Below are positions 10,721 through 20,405 of a stretch of 64,000 nt of DNA, piece after piece. The notes beneath the pieces are model-generated. The model was not told where the DNA came from. It searched no databases and saw only the letters and a program-made list of their open reading frames with translations. Source of the DNA: an uncultured Gammaproteobacteria bacterium (GTDB lineage: Bacteria; Patescibacteriota; Microgenomatia; UBA10105; UBA927); the NCBI GenBank assembly GCA_964609895.1, contig CAZSTG010000005.1, positions 6,998 through 70,997 on the forward strand, in the 5' to 3' direction. The translations under genes were made by a program, and so were the position numbers. Positions within the stretch are counted from its first letter, which is position 1. Each line of letters begins with the position of its first letter.

Positions 10721-11512
10721 TTATCCCACATTCACTCGAAAATTCAATTCCGGATCATAACGCCATTTTCGTTTGTTTGCATTGTCATAGTAATGACGAA
10801 TCCGAAGACGGTAAAACACAGCGAGCGTGTCCTTCATCATATTCCACACGGTCACTACTATTTTTTTCATGGTAATTGAGGAGGTGGCAACAGCAAAATT
10901 CAGTTCAACAGGCGCTTCATAAATTTTTGTATATCCTAAACGATTGGCAACAGCCAAAATTTCTATATCAAATGCAAATTGTTTGACAAGAAGGCGTGGC
11001 AATACATCTTCAAGCAATTTCCGCTTGTACAATTTCATTCCAACTTGCGAATCTCTGACGTGGATGCCAAACAATATATGTATTACTCGTTGATATCCCC
11101 AAGACAACACTCTCCGATACATTGGATATTCCACTTTCGAATCCGGATGACGTTTACTCCCAATCACTGCATCTGCATCCTGAAAATCAAACTGCGCAAG
11201 CATCGGCAAAAGCGCTTTTGCAGACAAATCGCCCCCTGCATCCATGAATCCGATCACATCCCCTTCCGCATGAGCACATCCATATCTGACTGCATACCCT
11301 TTTCCATGATTGGTCGCATACCCCACTAACTTCACCCGCTGATCCTTAATCTTTTGCACTTCCTCGCCGCTCTTGTCCAGATAGCCGTCAAGCACAGGAA
11401 TTATTTCAAAAGGAACAGTAATGGATTCGAGTACCTCCATAATCGCCCCGATATCACGTCTGATCGTTTTTTCTTGTTTATACACAGGAATAATGAGGCT
11501 GAATAATTTCAT
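10721..11512 (-). CDS. Glycosyltransferase family 2 (Dpm1-like).
   Basis: FSLIIPVYKQEKTI...VLDGYLDKSGEE followed by MDAGGD. Start corrected to MKLFSLII (cat 11510-11512), abutting the flippase stop. Confidence 0.75.
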   Translation of the reverse strand: MKLFSLIIPVYKQEKTIRRDIGAIMEVLESITVPFEIIPVLDGYLDKSGEEVQKIKDQRVKLVGYATNHGKGYAVRYGCAHAEGDVIGFMDAGGDLSAKALLPMLAQFDFQDADAVIGSKRHPDSKVEYPMYRRVLSWGYQRVIHILFGIHVRDSQVGMKLYKRKLLEDVLPRLLVKQFAFDIEILAVANRLGYTKIYEAPVELNFAVATSSITMKKIVVTVWNMMKDTLAVFYRLRIRHYYDNANKRKWRYDPELNFRVNVG

Positions 11513-12768
11513 ACATCCTTTCTTTTTACATACAGATAATACGCTCCAAGACCCAAAACAAGCAAGGCTGAAACGCCGATATTTATATAAATCACCTTCT
11601 GGATAGTCTGATGCCACATGGAAATACCGATAATTTGCAAAAGAGCACATACCACAGGGATAATCCATATCTTCGTTTTTCCCGTTGCCAAAAAAGTCGT
11701 AGTAAACATGTTACCTATGGAATACAGGACGAGAAACAAACCGAAGAGTCCCAAAAATGAGGATCCGCCAACATAGGATGAACCAAACAGTATGCTGATA
11801 ATGAAATTTGGAAACAAAAAGTACATCGCGGTAATTCCCAAAGAAATTGCAGTGACACTGAGAAGTCCAATACCTATGATCTGACCTGTTTTTTCCCCTT
11901 TTGCAGTACGTTCCGAAAGGATAGGATAAAACACCGTTGCAAGAATTGAGGATGCATAAAAAATAATTTTACCCAAAAGTGCCAGCGATGCGTAGACCCC
12001 CGCGTCAACAGCGGCAAAGTAATGACGAACCAAAATCATGTCCGTTGAATAAATAGAGGTCATACCAAGTGTCACCAAAAGTGTCGGAACCGCAAACAAA
12101 AACGCTTCCCGTTTCGTCAGATGCATTGGCGCTGGCTTTGCGGTAAACAAAAACCGAAGCGGCAAAAAATTCAACCCATACATAATTACAACTGATATCA
12201 GTGTCGCAACAAGCACGCCCATCACATAAAACTGCACCGCCGGGATACTGAGAAGCAGTTTTACGAGTACCGCGCTCGCACCCAATATACTTACCCAAAA
12301 AAACTTTTGGTATCCCTGCAGAACACTCGACATGATGACAGTCAGAAGCGAAAAAACAAAAATAAGATAGACGATTATAAACTTAATGGGAGACTGAATA
12401 TGTAAATATTTCGTGATGATGGGGGATGCCACAATAATGACCGGCAATAACGCCGTGCACATGATGATTGCAGCTTTTGTAACTCTGGTAAACAATGATT
12501 TTGTCTGACCAATCTCACCATGCGCTTTAAATCCTGATACAAATTTTATCAGCACGAGCGCGCCGACATTGAGTGGAACGGTAAATATATAAAAAATCGA
12601 CAAAAGTGACGACAATTCTCCGTATCCTGAGGGACCAATCCAACGCCCCATCAATAAGTGATATACATAGGAAGCAACATTTGCTCCCATAGAGCCCATG
12701 AACATGATCATGCTGTCTCTGGCAAGAGAATGAGATGCTATTTTTTGAATCAACGATTTTATCTTCAT
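11509..12768 (-). CDS. Wzx-like oligosaccharide flippase (MOP/polysaccharide biosynthesis protein family).
   Basis: 419 aa with ~12 predicted TM helices, a MATE/Wzx-like N-terminus (MIMFMGSMGANVASYVYHLLMGRWIGPSGYGE) and glycan-cluster context. Confidence 0.65.
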   Translation of the reverse strand: MKIKSLIQKIASHSLARDSMIMFMGSMGANVASYVYHLLMGRWIGPSGYGELSSLLSIFYIFTVPLNVGALVLIKFVSGFKAHGEIGQTKSLFTRVTKAAIIMCTALLPVIIVASPIITKYLHIQSPIKFIIVYLIFVFSLLTVIMSSVLQGYQKFFWVSILGASAVLVKLLLSIPAVQFYVMGVLVATLISVVIMYGLNFLPLRFLFTAKPAPMHLTKREAFLFAVPTLLVTLGMTSIYSTDMILVRHYFAAVDAGVYASLALLGKIIFYASSILATVFYPILSERTAKGEKTGQIIGIGLLSVTAISLGITAMYFLFPNFIISILFGSSYVGGSSFLGLFGLFLVLYSIGNMFTTTFLATGKTKIWIIPVVCALLQIIGISMWHQTIQKVIYINIGVSALLVLGLGAYYLYVKRKDV

Positions 12769-12769
12769 A

Positions 12770-13741
12770 TCATCTGTTTTTTGTGTGCAGGTGTATCTGT
12801 TTGTCTATCCACGTATAGGTCTGTCTCAGTCCTTCCTCAAGAGACACTCTTGGTTTCCACTGTAGCATACGTCTTGCTGCTTGGATATCAGCATTTCTCC
12901 CCCGTACACCCTGCGGCTTATATCTGTCGTGCGTGAGATGAATTTTTTTACCGGCAATGTCCGCAATAAGGAGTGCCATTTCATCAACGGATATCAATCT
13001 GTTAGAGCCTATGTTTACCGGCGTTCTCACCTCCGACCGCATCAATGCATCTATCCCTCTGATACAGTCATTTATATAGCAGTAAGATCGTGTTTGTTTC
13101 CCGTCCCCCCATACAGTAACAGTTCCGTTGTCCTCAGCTTCTGCGACTTTTCTGCAGAGAGCTGCGGGTGATTTTTCCCTGCCCCCTGTCCATGTTCCAA
13201 GCGGCCCATATACATTATGAAACCGCGCAATGCGCGTTTCCAACCCATAATCTTCATAATATGCAAGACACAACTGTTCCGCTGTCAGTTTCTCCCACCC
13301 ATATTTGGTATCAGGATCAGCAGGAAATGCATCGGATTCACGAAGTCCGCTATTTGCCATTCGCCGTTGCTTTTCCTTCGGATATACACATGCACTGGAA
13401 GAAAAAAAGAACCGATTCACCTTCTCGTTTTTTGCGCTCTCAAGCATGTTGATATTGATCAGCAGATTATCATGCATGATATCCGCATGCACCGAATCAA
13501 TAAATGCAACCCCTCCCATGTTTGCTGCAAAATTATATACTTCACTTACACCTCTCACAGCTTTCTTTGCATTTTTCGCGTCGCGAAGATCAAGCAGCAA
13601 ATATTCATCGGCAGCAGTTTTTTCAAACTCCGGTTTTTTGATATCTACACCACGAACACTATATCCCTTATCTTTCAAAAACTTCACCATGTGGTGACCG
13701 ATAAACCCGCCAGCTCCGGTAATAAGTGCTGTATGTTTCAT
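12770..13741 (-). CDS. NAD-dependent sugar-nucleotide epimerase resembling GDP-mannose 3,5-epimerase (GME).
   Basis: ITGAGGFIGHHMVKFLK...LLLDLRD...NFAANMGGVAFI...RFFFSSSACVYP matches the plant/bacterial GME pattern (GAGGFI...DLR...AADMGGMGFI...FFYASSACIYP) closely. Start set at MKHTALITG (cat 13739-13741). Confidence 0.55.
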   Translation of the reverse strand: MKHTALITGAGGFIGHHMVKFLKDKGYSVRGVDIKKPEFEKTAADEYLLLDLRDAKNAKKAVRGVSEVYNFAANMGGVAFIDSVHADIMHDNLLININMLESAKNEKVNRFFFSSSACVYPKEKQRRMANSGLRESDAFPADPDTKYGWEKLTAEQLCLAYYEDYGLETRIARFHNVYGPLGTWTGGREKSPAALCRKVAEAEDNGTVTVWGDGKQTRSYCYINDCIRGIDALMRSEVRTPVNIGSNRLISVDEMALLIADIAGKKIHLTHDRYKPQGVRGRNADIQAARRMLQWKPRVSLEEGLRQTYTWIDKQIHLHTKNR

Positions 13742-13746
13742 AACAT

Positions 13747-14430
13747 CTAAACAAAACGGTATTTCATAAGTGTCCAGAACGCCACCACTCCGTCTTTCCA
13801 TGTCAGTTTTTTTCCCTCGGAAAACTTCCTCCCAAAATATGAGATTGGAACCTCATAGATCTGGTGTCCTTTTTTCAGAATTTTCGCGGTTATTTCCGGT
13901 TCCATGTCAAACCGCTTTGACTCTATCCGCATTCCCGTAATCACAGCCTTCCGAAACACCTTGAATCCCGTCTCCATATCGGTAATATTGGCGTTGTACA
14001 ATATATTACACACAAGTGTCACAAATTTGTTTCCCTGCGCATACACAAACATGGTGGAAAGGTGTGGTCCGAGAAACCTTGACCCGTACACAACCTGCAC
14101 CTGTTTGTTGGTAAACGGTTCAAGAAGCACCGGATAGTCCTTCGGATCGTATTCCAGATCCGCATCCTGAAATAAAATAAAGTCTCCTGCTGCATGTTTT
14201 AGTCCAATAGTAACGGCACTTCCTTTTCCCTCATTTTTCTTTTTATATATCACTGTGACTTTTTTCTCCCATGCTTTCAATTTTTTCCTTGTCCCATCGG
14301 TTGACCCGTCATCCACGACAATAACCTGTTTGATCCAATGAGGAAGTACTGCGGCCGTGACACGACGTAAAATCTCGTCAATGGTGTGCACCTCATTGTA
14401 GACAGGGATAATAATGGATAATTTCTTCAT
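13747..14430 (-). CDS. Glycosyltransferase family 2 (Dpm1/GtrB-like, soluble).
   Basis: LSIIIPVYNEVHTIDEIL...VIVVDDGSTDGT followed by QDADLEY. Start corrected to MKKLSIII (cat 14428-14430), an ATGA overlap with the upstream gene. Confidence 0.75.
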   Translation of the reverse strand: MKKLSIIIPVYNEVHTIDEILRRVTAAVLPHWIKQVIVVDDGSTDGTRKKLKAWEKKVTVIYKKKNEGKGSAVTIGLKHAAGDFILFQDADLEYDPKDYPVLLEPFTNKQVQVVYGSRFLGPHLSTMFVYAQGNKFVTLVCNILYNANITDMETGFKVFRKAVITGMRIESKRFDMEPEITAKILKKGHQIYEVPISYFGRKFSEGKKLTWKDGVVAFWTLMKYRFV

Positions 14431-15539
14431 GCAATAAACCACCCGCGTAAAAAAAGAGCTGTAGCCATTATCTCGAAAACGGCGCTGACGGACAAGAGTG
14501 CTGTACGAACCTTCGCTGATTTGACGGCGCCGAGAATCATAAATAGCGGCACTGCTGCCAAAATATACCGAGGCATGGAAGAAAATGTGCCGGTAAGCGT
14601 AGGGATTGTGATAACCAACAGACAATACAAAAATGCCGCCAAGGAAATCTGTTTTCTTCCAAACCATAACACGATATACGAAACACCGGTCATCACAAAT
14701 TCAAGCACGGTCACAAGATAGGACATGATTGTCGGTTGCATATACGCAGTGACGATCATTTTCAGATATCGCCACACTACCTGTGGAGGAAAAATCAGTG
14801 TGCTCCCGCTTCTGTTTGCACCAAACGCAGACTGTACATGCATAAACAAAAACGGATCCTGTTGCGTTACATTCAAAAAATACATGTACCAAAACAATCC
14901 AACAGGCATCATACAGAATCCGATGAGGTCAATACCACGTATTTTTTTCGGCTTCCACTTTATATATTCAATCAATGCATATATAGCCAGACAAATACCG
15001 ACAATCCGAATTGCGCCGGCAACAGCTATCACAACGCCTGTCCACATGAACTGTTTCTTCGATACAAAATACATCACAAGAGCCACACACAGAAAAAACA
15101 GACCCTCAGTATACACCGCCCGAAAGAAAAAACTTGTCGGAAATGCAAGAATAAAAAGTATCGTAAACTTCGCATATTCGACTGATTTTTTTACCAGAAG
15201 CCGATATAAAACCATCAGTCCTATCAAAAATGAAACAAGTGAAATTCCTACACCTATATATTCGTACGATATCGGAACTATCTGATGAAACGCACGCAGT
15301 AGTAATGGATAGACAGGGAAAAATGCATGCGAATACTGATAATACCACGATTCAGCAATTTTTACGTAATGCACCCCGTCAAAATTTCCCCATGGAGAAA
15401 CACCAAAATAGCCGGTCCGTATCGGAATACTATCCGAAACCTTTTCTATCAGTTGCAAAAGTATCCCCCAAGCTGCAAACGCGAAGAAAACAAACTTATT
15501 TTTTTGCCAAAATTGTTTCATATACAGCAACGGTTTCAT
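14427..15539 (-). CDS. PIG-V/Gpi18 (GT76)-like mannosyltransferase-type GT-C membrane protein.
   Basis: FGVSPWGNFDGVHYVKIAESWYYQYSHAFFPVYPLL matches the conserved W-DG-hY-IAe-GY...AFFP-yP loop of the PIG-V family. 370 aa, polytopic. Confidence 0.5.
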   Translation of the reverse strand: MKPLLYMKQFWQKNKFVFFAFAAWGILLQLIEKVSDSIPIRTGYFGVSPWGNFDGVHYVKIAESWYYQYSHAFFPVYPLLLRAFHQIVPISYEYIGVGISLVSFLIGLMVLYRLLVKKSVEYAKFTILFILAFPTSFFFRAVYTEGLFFLCVALVMYFVSKKQFMWTGVVIAVAGAIRIVGICLAIYALIEYIKWKPKKIRGIDLIGFCMMPVGLFWYMYFLNVTQQDPFLFMHVQSAFGANRSGSTLIFPPQVVWRYLKMIVTAYMQPTIMSYLVTVLEFVMTGVSYIVLWFGRKQISLAAFLYCLLVITIPTLTGTFSSMPRYILAAVPLFMILGAVKSAKVRTALLSVSAVFEIMATALFLRGWFIA

Positions 15540-16551
15540 GAGCAGTTTTTTCCCAGCTGAATGTTTTTGCCCAAGCTATACTATCCATACACATCTTTTT
15601 TCTTGCCTGAGGCGATAATGAAAGCATAGTGAGTATTGTATCTGCCATATTTTCTACACTACTTGTATCCATCTTCAATGAAGGCCCTGCAATTTCAGAA
15701 AGGCTTGAATTGTCCCCTAAGACAACAGGACAGCCACATGCCATTGCCTCCAAAACAGGCAGTCCAAACCCTTCATATAATGAAGGCTCAACTAAACAAC
15801 ATGCCATGTTATATAAGACAGCTAAATCTTCCTGACTGACAAAACCCGTCATTGTGACATGATCTTCGAGATGCAAATCATGAATATTTTGTTCAATTTT
15901 TTGAGTCTCCGGTAATTCACTTTTTTTGAATGCCCCGCCAATCAGCACTAAGTGACTATTCTTCTTTTTTTGAAGAACTCGCAAAAAAGCCGATAACAGT
16001 CCAAGCACATTTTTATTCCAGTTTACGTCACCGACAAACAGCAAAAACTGCTCTGGCAATCGGTATTTTTCACCAATTGCCTGTTGCATTTGTTTATTCT
16101 GTTTGACGTCATAACCAGGAGTTGCTGCAGAATATACCACATGAATTTTGCTTTCCGGTATATGCACAATGCGTTCAACATCTTTTTTTGAACTTTTGGA
16201 AACCGTAATAATCCCATCTGCACGTTTTAAGGCAATTTTCTGCATGTTCCATTTTACTCTCCCCCGTATACCGGCAGGAAACTGTTCCGGAAACACCAAC
16301 GGGATCAGATCGTGAACCGTTACCACCGTAGGAATCGATTTTTCCCATGGTAATGTCAAAAAAAACGGATCGAAATAAGGATAATGCACTATTTCTGCTG
16401 TATCGGGTATTTTTTCACCTCGAGTAAAAAAACTATACGAATGCTTTGATTCATACCGCCGTAATGCATCAATAAGGTTTTTTGTATATACGCCCACTCC
16501 CCGCACGGCATGCCCAGAAGAAAGCGGAGTAATGTCTATTGCTATATTCAT
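15496..16551 (-). CDS. Glycosyltransferase family 4 (GT-B).
   Basis: MNIAIDITPLSSGHAVRGVGVYT...LYEGFGLPVLEAMACGCPVV (E-x7-E). Start corrected to M25 (cat 16549-16551), an ATGA overlap. Confidence 0.8.
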   Translation of the reverse strand: MNIAIDITPLSSGHAVRGVGVYTKNLIDALRRYESKHSYSFFTRGEKIPDTAEIVHYPYFDPFFLTLPWEKSIPTVVTVHDLIPLVFPEQFPAGIRGRVKWNMQKIALKRADGIITVSKSSKKDVERIVHIPESKIHVVYSAATPGYDVKQNKQMQQAIGEKYRLPEQFLLFVGDVNWNKNVLGLLSAFLRVLQKKKNSHLVLIGGAFKKSELPETQKIEQNIHDLHLEDHVTMTGFVSQEDLAVLYNMACCLVEPSLYEGFGLPVLEAMACGCPVVLGDNSSLSEIAGPSLKMDTSSVENMADTILTMLSLSPQARKKMCMDSIAWAKTFSWEKTAHETVAVYETILAKK

Positions 16552-18158
16552 ACATGTGCCCTTTTCCTGTATAAAAGTATACCTAATACAGCAAAAATCA
16601 CCAAACTCACCGCTGAAATCCAATCAGCCGCAAGACGGATACCCGTCTCCTCATATCGCAAATGGACGATGTGCGTTCCTTGGGGAACACGCACGTCGAG
16701 TGTACCTTCACGCTGATACGCAATCGGTGTCACTACCCCGTCAACAGAGGCAGTCCATCCCGGAAAATAAAGTATATGGAATCGGATGACCGTATCGCTA
16801 TCTAAGGTCACTGTATACCGACGATCAAGATATTTTTCACCCGACCCATCCACGATAATCGGGTTATTCTCCATATCCGTTGCAATTGTCAGCGACCGTG
16901 TTTCCTTCCAAGGTGTCCAGATGGTAGACAGGCTGTTGCCCATAGATGATGTGCCGTCGGTAAAATTCGGACGGGATGCGTAATATGCATCATTTCTTGG
17001 TTCATAGACCGCACCCCTCGTATATCCGAAAGAAAAAACCACAGACAGGAGCGCAAATACTATGATGAGCCATTTTTTCTTGATTACAGCGCCCACAACT
17101 GCCGCGATATAGGCAGTAACTGGAATAAGATACACAAGATATCGCCACGGATGCTGTATATATTGGATAACAGGCACTGTCTCCCAAAGACGTGCTGATG
17201 AGGGTAGTGTCATAAAAAGCGCCAACAGGAGTACTCCGGACAATCCAAAGAGTTCAGTCCTCTCCCTGCCTTTTATTTTCCTTGCCACAAGCAGAATGCC
17301 CGTAAGCATAATCCATATGATTGGTCCAATCCCTATCTGAAAAGACATTTTGCCTGTATTAACCCCAACTCCTGAAAAAGCAGTCCCCCATGACGGAATC
17401 AGAAGCTCGGCAATGCTTGCAAAGTGATCTCTGTAGTTGACTGTATTCAGCCCGACCATATATTTTGATTCAAAAATGGCCGGCAGCCAAAACCATGAAG
17501 CAAGACCGATACCAAGGAGCATATACCATACCCATTTCCAGTTTCGCCTCCAAAGAAGATATACCAGAAGAAACGGACCGAAAATAACCGTGAGAATGTT
17601 GTGACTGAGAATAATCCCCGCAATTGCTGCCGCAAACAGCATCGGTCTTTTTTCTTCCATGCTCCATAAAGCCATGAACATAAACGCAATTGCCCACACC
17701 TCTCCTATTGCCCCCCGTACATACAGTTCGACAAACCAATACGGCACATATGCGGATACGACCGTTCCGATAACTGCGGGAAACACACCGAACCGTTTCT
17801 TTAACCATAAAAAGCAAAAGACTGCTGCCGTGAGATATCCCAATGCGGAACTTATCTTGAAACTCTCAACAAATGCCACACCGATACTATGCAACAATGC
17901 TGAAACATAATTGGCAAATGGATACAAAAACTCAAATACGGGAAGACCGTATCCGCTGTTTATCGTCGGTGCCCATCGGGGAAACACATACCCAGCTTCG
18001 AGCATACGGAAAAACTCCATAAAACGGATAAAATGAAATTCGCCGTCATGCGTCGGCAGAAACCCTTTGCCAAAAAAGGGCAATACCGCGGCGACACAGC
18101 ACAAAAAAACAATGAATAATCCTAATATTGGCGCTGTCTTTTTATTTTTTGTGTTCAT
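16548..18158 (-). CDS. 'PTPS-related'-type large polytopic membrane protein (uncharacterised, probable GT-C glycosyltransferase). Paralog 1 of 4.
   Basis: N-terminal loop THDGEFHFIRFMEF...PRWAPTINSGYGLPVFEFLYP. About 13 TM helices, then a C-terminal extracytoplasmic ~130 aa (LYFPGWTASVDG...PQGTHIVHLRY) and a terminal TM. Paralogous to 21738..23396, 46589..48265 and 48267..49832. Confidence 0.6.
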   Translation of the reverse strand: MNTKNKKTAPILGLFIVFLCCVAAVLPFFGKGFLPTHDGEFHFIRFMEFFRMLEAGYVFPRWAPTINSGYGLPVFEFLYPFANYVSALLHSIGVAFVESFKISSALGYLTAAVFCFLWLKKRFGVFPAVIGTVVSAYVPYWFVELYVRGAIGEVWAIAFMFMALWSMEEKRPMLFAAAIAGIILSHNILTVIFGPFLLVYLLWRRNWKWVWYMLLGIGLASWFWLPAIFESKYMVGLNTVNYRDHFASIAELLIPSWGTAFSGVGVNTGKMSFQIGIGPIIWIMLTGILLVARKIKGRERTELFGLSGVLLLALFMTLPSSARLWETVPVIQYIQHPWRYLVYLIPVTAYIAAVVGAVIKKKWLIIVFALLSVVFSFGYTRGAVYEPRNDAYYASRPNFTDGTSSMGNSLSTIWTPWKETRSLTIATDMENNPIIVDGSGEKYLDRRYTVTLDSDTVIRFHILYFPGWTASVDGVVTPIAYQREGTLDVRVPQGTHIVHLRYEETGIRLAADWISAVSLVIFAVLGILLYRKRAHV

Positions 18159-19263
18159 GATATTTCCTCACGCCATATACAGCGACATATATACCAAGCG
18201 GAATAACCGTCAACAATGTCCGTGCCATTGGTCCGAATCCCCCATAGTAGCCCATGTATATATATGGAAGGTGCCGTAGTTCCAGCGCACATGACAGACA
18301 AAGTGTCCAACCGATAAGGAACGAGTGCTTCTTCATGTCAAAAAAAGCCGCAAAGACGATCAACCAGACGGCATACCACGGATACAATTCCTCACGGAGC
18401 GGGGCAAACACGAAAAACACAAAAGACATGAGGCTGTATGCATACAGAAGTATTCTGTCCCATGACACGTTTTTCAACACGAGAAGTGGTGCGAGCGCAA
18501 GCGTTGGTATCTTTGTCAACCATGAAAAAAGAAGAAAAAACAAACCAAACAGTTTCTTTTTTTGATGCCACAGATACAATCCGAGCATCGCAAACAGCAT
18601 CATCACGATATCATTGTGACCCGATACCAACACCTCTGTAAGAATGAGCGGATTGAATGCAAAAAACACCACATTTTTCTTTGACTTAGTGACATGATAG
18701 ATAAAATATACGAACAAAAGATATACGACTGCGTTTACCAACTTGAAAGAGATGATTGTTCTCCAGATATCTCCGCCACCGAGCATATGCGGCAAGGCGG
18801 TTATTCCAATCCATACGGGGCCATAGAGCGCAACTTTATTGGCAGCTCTCGTAAACGCAAGATACGGTTCATTTGGAATTTCAACGGGCATCACGATATA
18901 CGGATTCTCATGATGTGTGAACGCGACTTTTGCCGTCGTCATATAATTAAACAGATCATAACTTAATGCAGAAAAAGAACAAGCAAGTATCACTGTCGTC
19001 ATTCCTATCACAATCCATAGTTTTTTCCCTGAAACGAACAGTTTTTCTGAATGAAAAAGTGCATAGAGATACCAGCCTGTTAATCCCAAAAGAATCAAAC
19101 AACATATGAGTGCAGCCAGTGGTCGTTCGACATATACAATATGACGAAGTGGTTCAAACCATTGAAGAAGCATTGCGTTATTTGTGAGCGGAAGATTCAC
19201 ATCAATGAATCCATAAGAAAAAACGAAAAAAATAATCAGAATAGTCACATACAGTAATATCAT
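18142..19263 (-). CDS. Polytopic membrane protein, unknown GT-C-like family. Paralog of 51375..52562.
   Basis: 373 aa. Shares SYD(L/F)FNY..TAK....H.NPY(I/L)V.P and AFNPLI..E.LVS.HNDIVMM blocks with 51375..52562. ATGA overlap at 19260-19263. Confidence 0.5.
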   Translation of the reverse strand: MILLYVTILIIFFVFSYGFIDVNLPLTNNAMLLQWFEPLRHIVYVERPLAALICCLILLGLTGWYLYALFHSEKLFVSGKKLWIVIGMTTVILACSFSALSYDLFNYMTTAKVAFTHHENPYIVMPVEIPNEPYLAFTRAANKVALYGPVWIGITALPHMLGGGDIWRTIISFKLVNAVVYLLFVYFIYHVTKSKKNVVFFAFNPLILTEVLVSGHNDIVMMLFAMLGLYLWHQKKKLFGLFFLLFSWLTKIPTLALAPLLVLKNVSWDRILLYAYSLMSFVFFVFAPLREELYPWYAVWLIVFAAFFDMKKHSFLIGWTLCLSCALELRHLPYIYMGYYGGFGPMARTLLTVIPLGIYVAVYGVRKYHEHKK

Positions 19264-20405
19264 ATTCGTTTTCTACGATGCCTCTTCTGTATACCCGGTT
19301 TTGCAACCGAAAAAGCAGCCCATATCATCATGCTATAACAAATCGGTAGAAATGGAAGCAAATACCGTGCGTTCGCCTGACCTAACGACATAAAAACCGC
19401 ATATGTAATTATTGCGATCGCCGAAATTTGTAACGCAGGCTCAGTTTTTTTTATCATTGACCATACAGTATATATACTTGACACAATTCCAGAGCCTACG
19501 ACAACGGGCCAAGTCAATGACCAATGCGCATCTTTAATAACCGGAGAATTACCCCACCACACATACCATTTGTTCAAAAAAATGAGAGGCCAAATAGTGC
19601 CAAATCTATTCATTTTGCTATTATGATACCAATACAACCACTTCTGAACTTTCAATATCTCCATAACTGAATATTTATCAAACAAAAGACGTGAATACGC
19701 AGCCAACGTGCCAAAAAACAGAACAATGCCTCCAAAGATAATATATCCATAATATTTTGGTTTTTTTAATACTATATAGAGTGTTATAGCAACCATATAA
19801 ACAAACCCCATAACCCATACTTTCGTCATCATGGACGCGGTGAGGAATAAAAATGACAACACAATACACATTGGCTTTGATTTTTGTATGGCGTAAGAAG
19901 CAAAAATTATTGCATACAAAATAAATGTGATATGAAACATATCCAGCAAAGGAGTATACGTTAACTGATCCATAAATAATGGTTCGTGTAAGGCAACAAA
20001 TACCCCAAGAAGTGCAACGGGAGAATTCTTTGTCATCATCCAGATAAGTATATATATTCCAAAAAACAGCAGAGCAAAAAATACTGAAACAATAATATTC
20101 TCATTTCCGGTAAGAAAAATTGAAAGCCCGATAAGATATTTTCCGAGGGGCGGTTGAGTTGATTCCACCAATGTCGGATTTGCTCCTTTCAAATAGGCAC
20201 CGCCCGCATATGCATAAACGGTTTCATCAGGTAACCAGTATTTCCATTCCTTCATTGAATATTGCGAAGCCCCAAACATTTCCTTTAACGATTCATAACG
20301 TGTCCAATAGTCTAGAGCATATGTATCCTTATGCTGATAGAACATCCACCCGACACGAAAGCATATGAGGAACAAAAGAAGAATAGTAAAAACTTTTTTT
20401 ACCAT
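19260..20405 (-). CDS. Polytopic membrane protein, ArnT/PMT-like (hPPL motif). Putative.
   Basis: 381 aa. An extracytoplasmic loop ...TLVESTQPPLGKYLIGLSIFL follows TM1, as in PMT_2/ArnT-type GT-C proteins. Multiple TM helices. Confidence 0.4.
   Translation of the reverse strand: MVKKVFTILLLFLICFRVGWMFYQHKDTYALDYWTRYESLKEMFGASQYSMKEWKYWLPDETVYAYAGGAYLKGANPTLVESTQPPLGKYLIGLSIFLTGNENIIVSVFFALLFFGIYILIWMMTKNSPVALLGVFVALHEPLFMDQLTYTPLLDMFHITFILYAIIFASYAIQKSKPMCIVLSFLFLTASMMTKVWVMGFVYMVAITLYIVLKKPKYYGYIIFGGIVLFFGTLAAYSRLLFDKYSVMEILKVQKWLYWYHNSKMNRFGTIWPLIFLNKWYVWWGNSPVIKDAHWSLTWPVVVGSGIVSSIYTVWSMIKKTEPALQISAIAIITYAVFMSLGQANARYLLPFLPICYSMMIWAAFSVAKPGIQKRHRRKRI

Noticed and set aside
13217-13750. 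177-aa plus-strand ORF (and 13305..13697, 130 aa).
   Set aside because: Fully antisense to the well-supported GME-like epimerase gene. Low-complexity, Cys/Phe-rich translation. Spurious.
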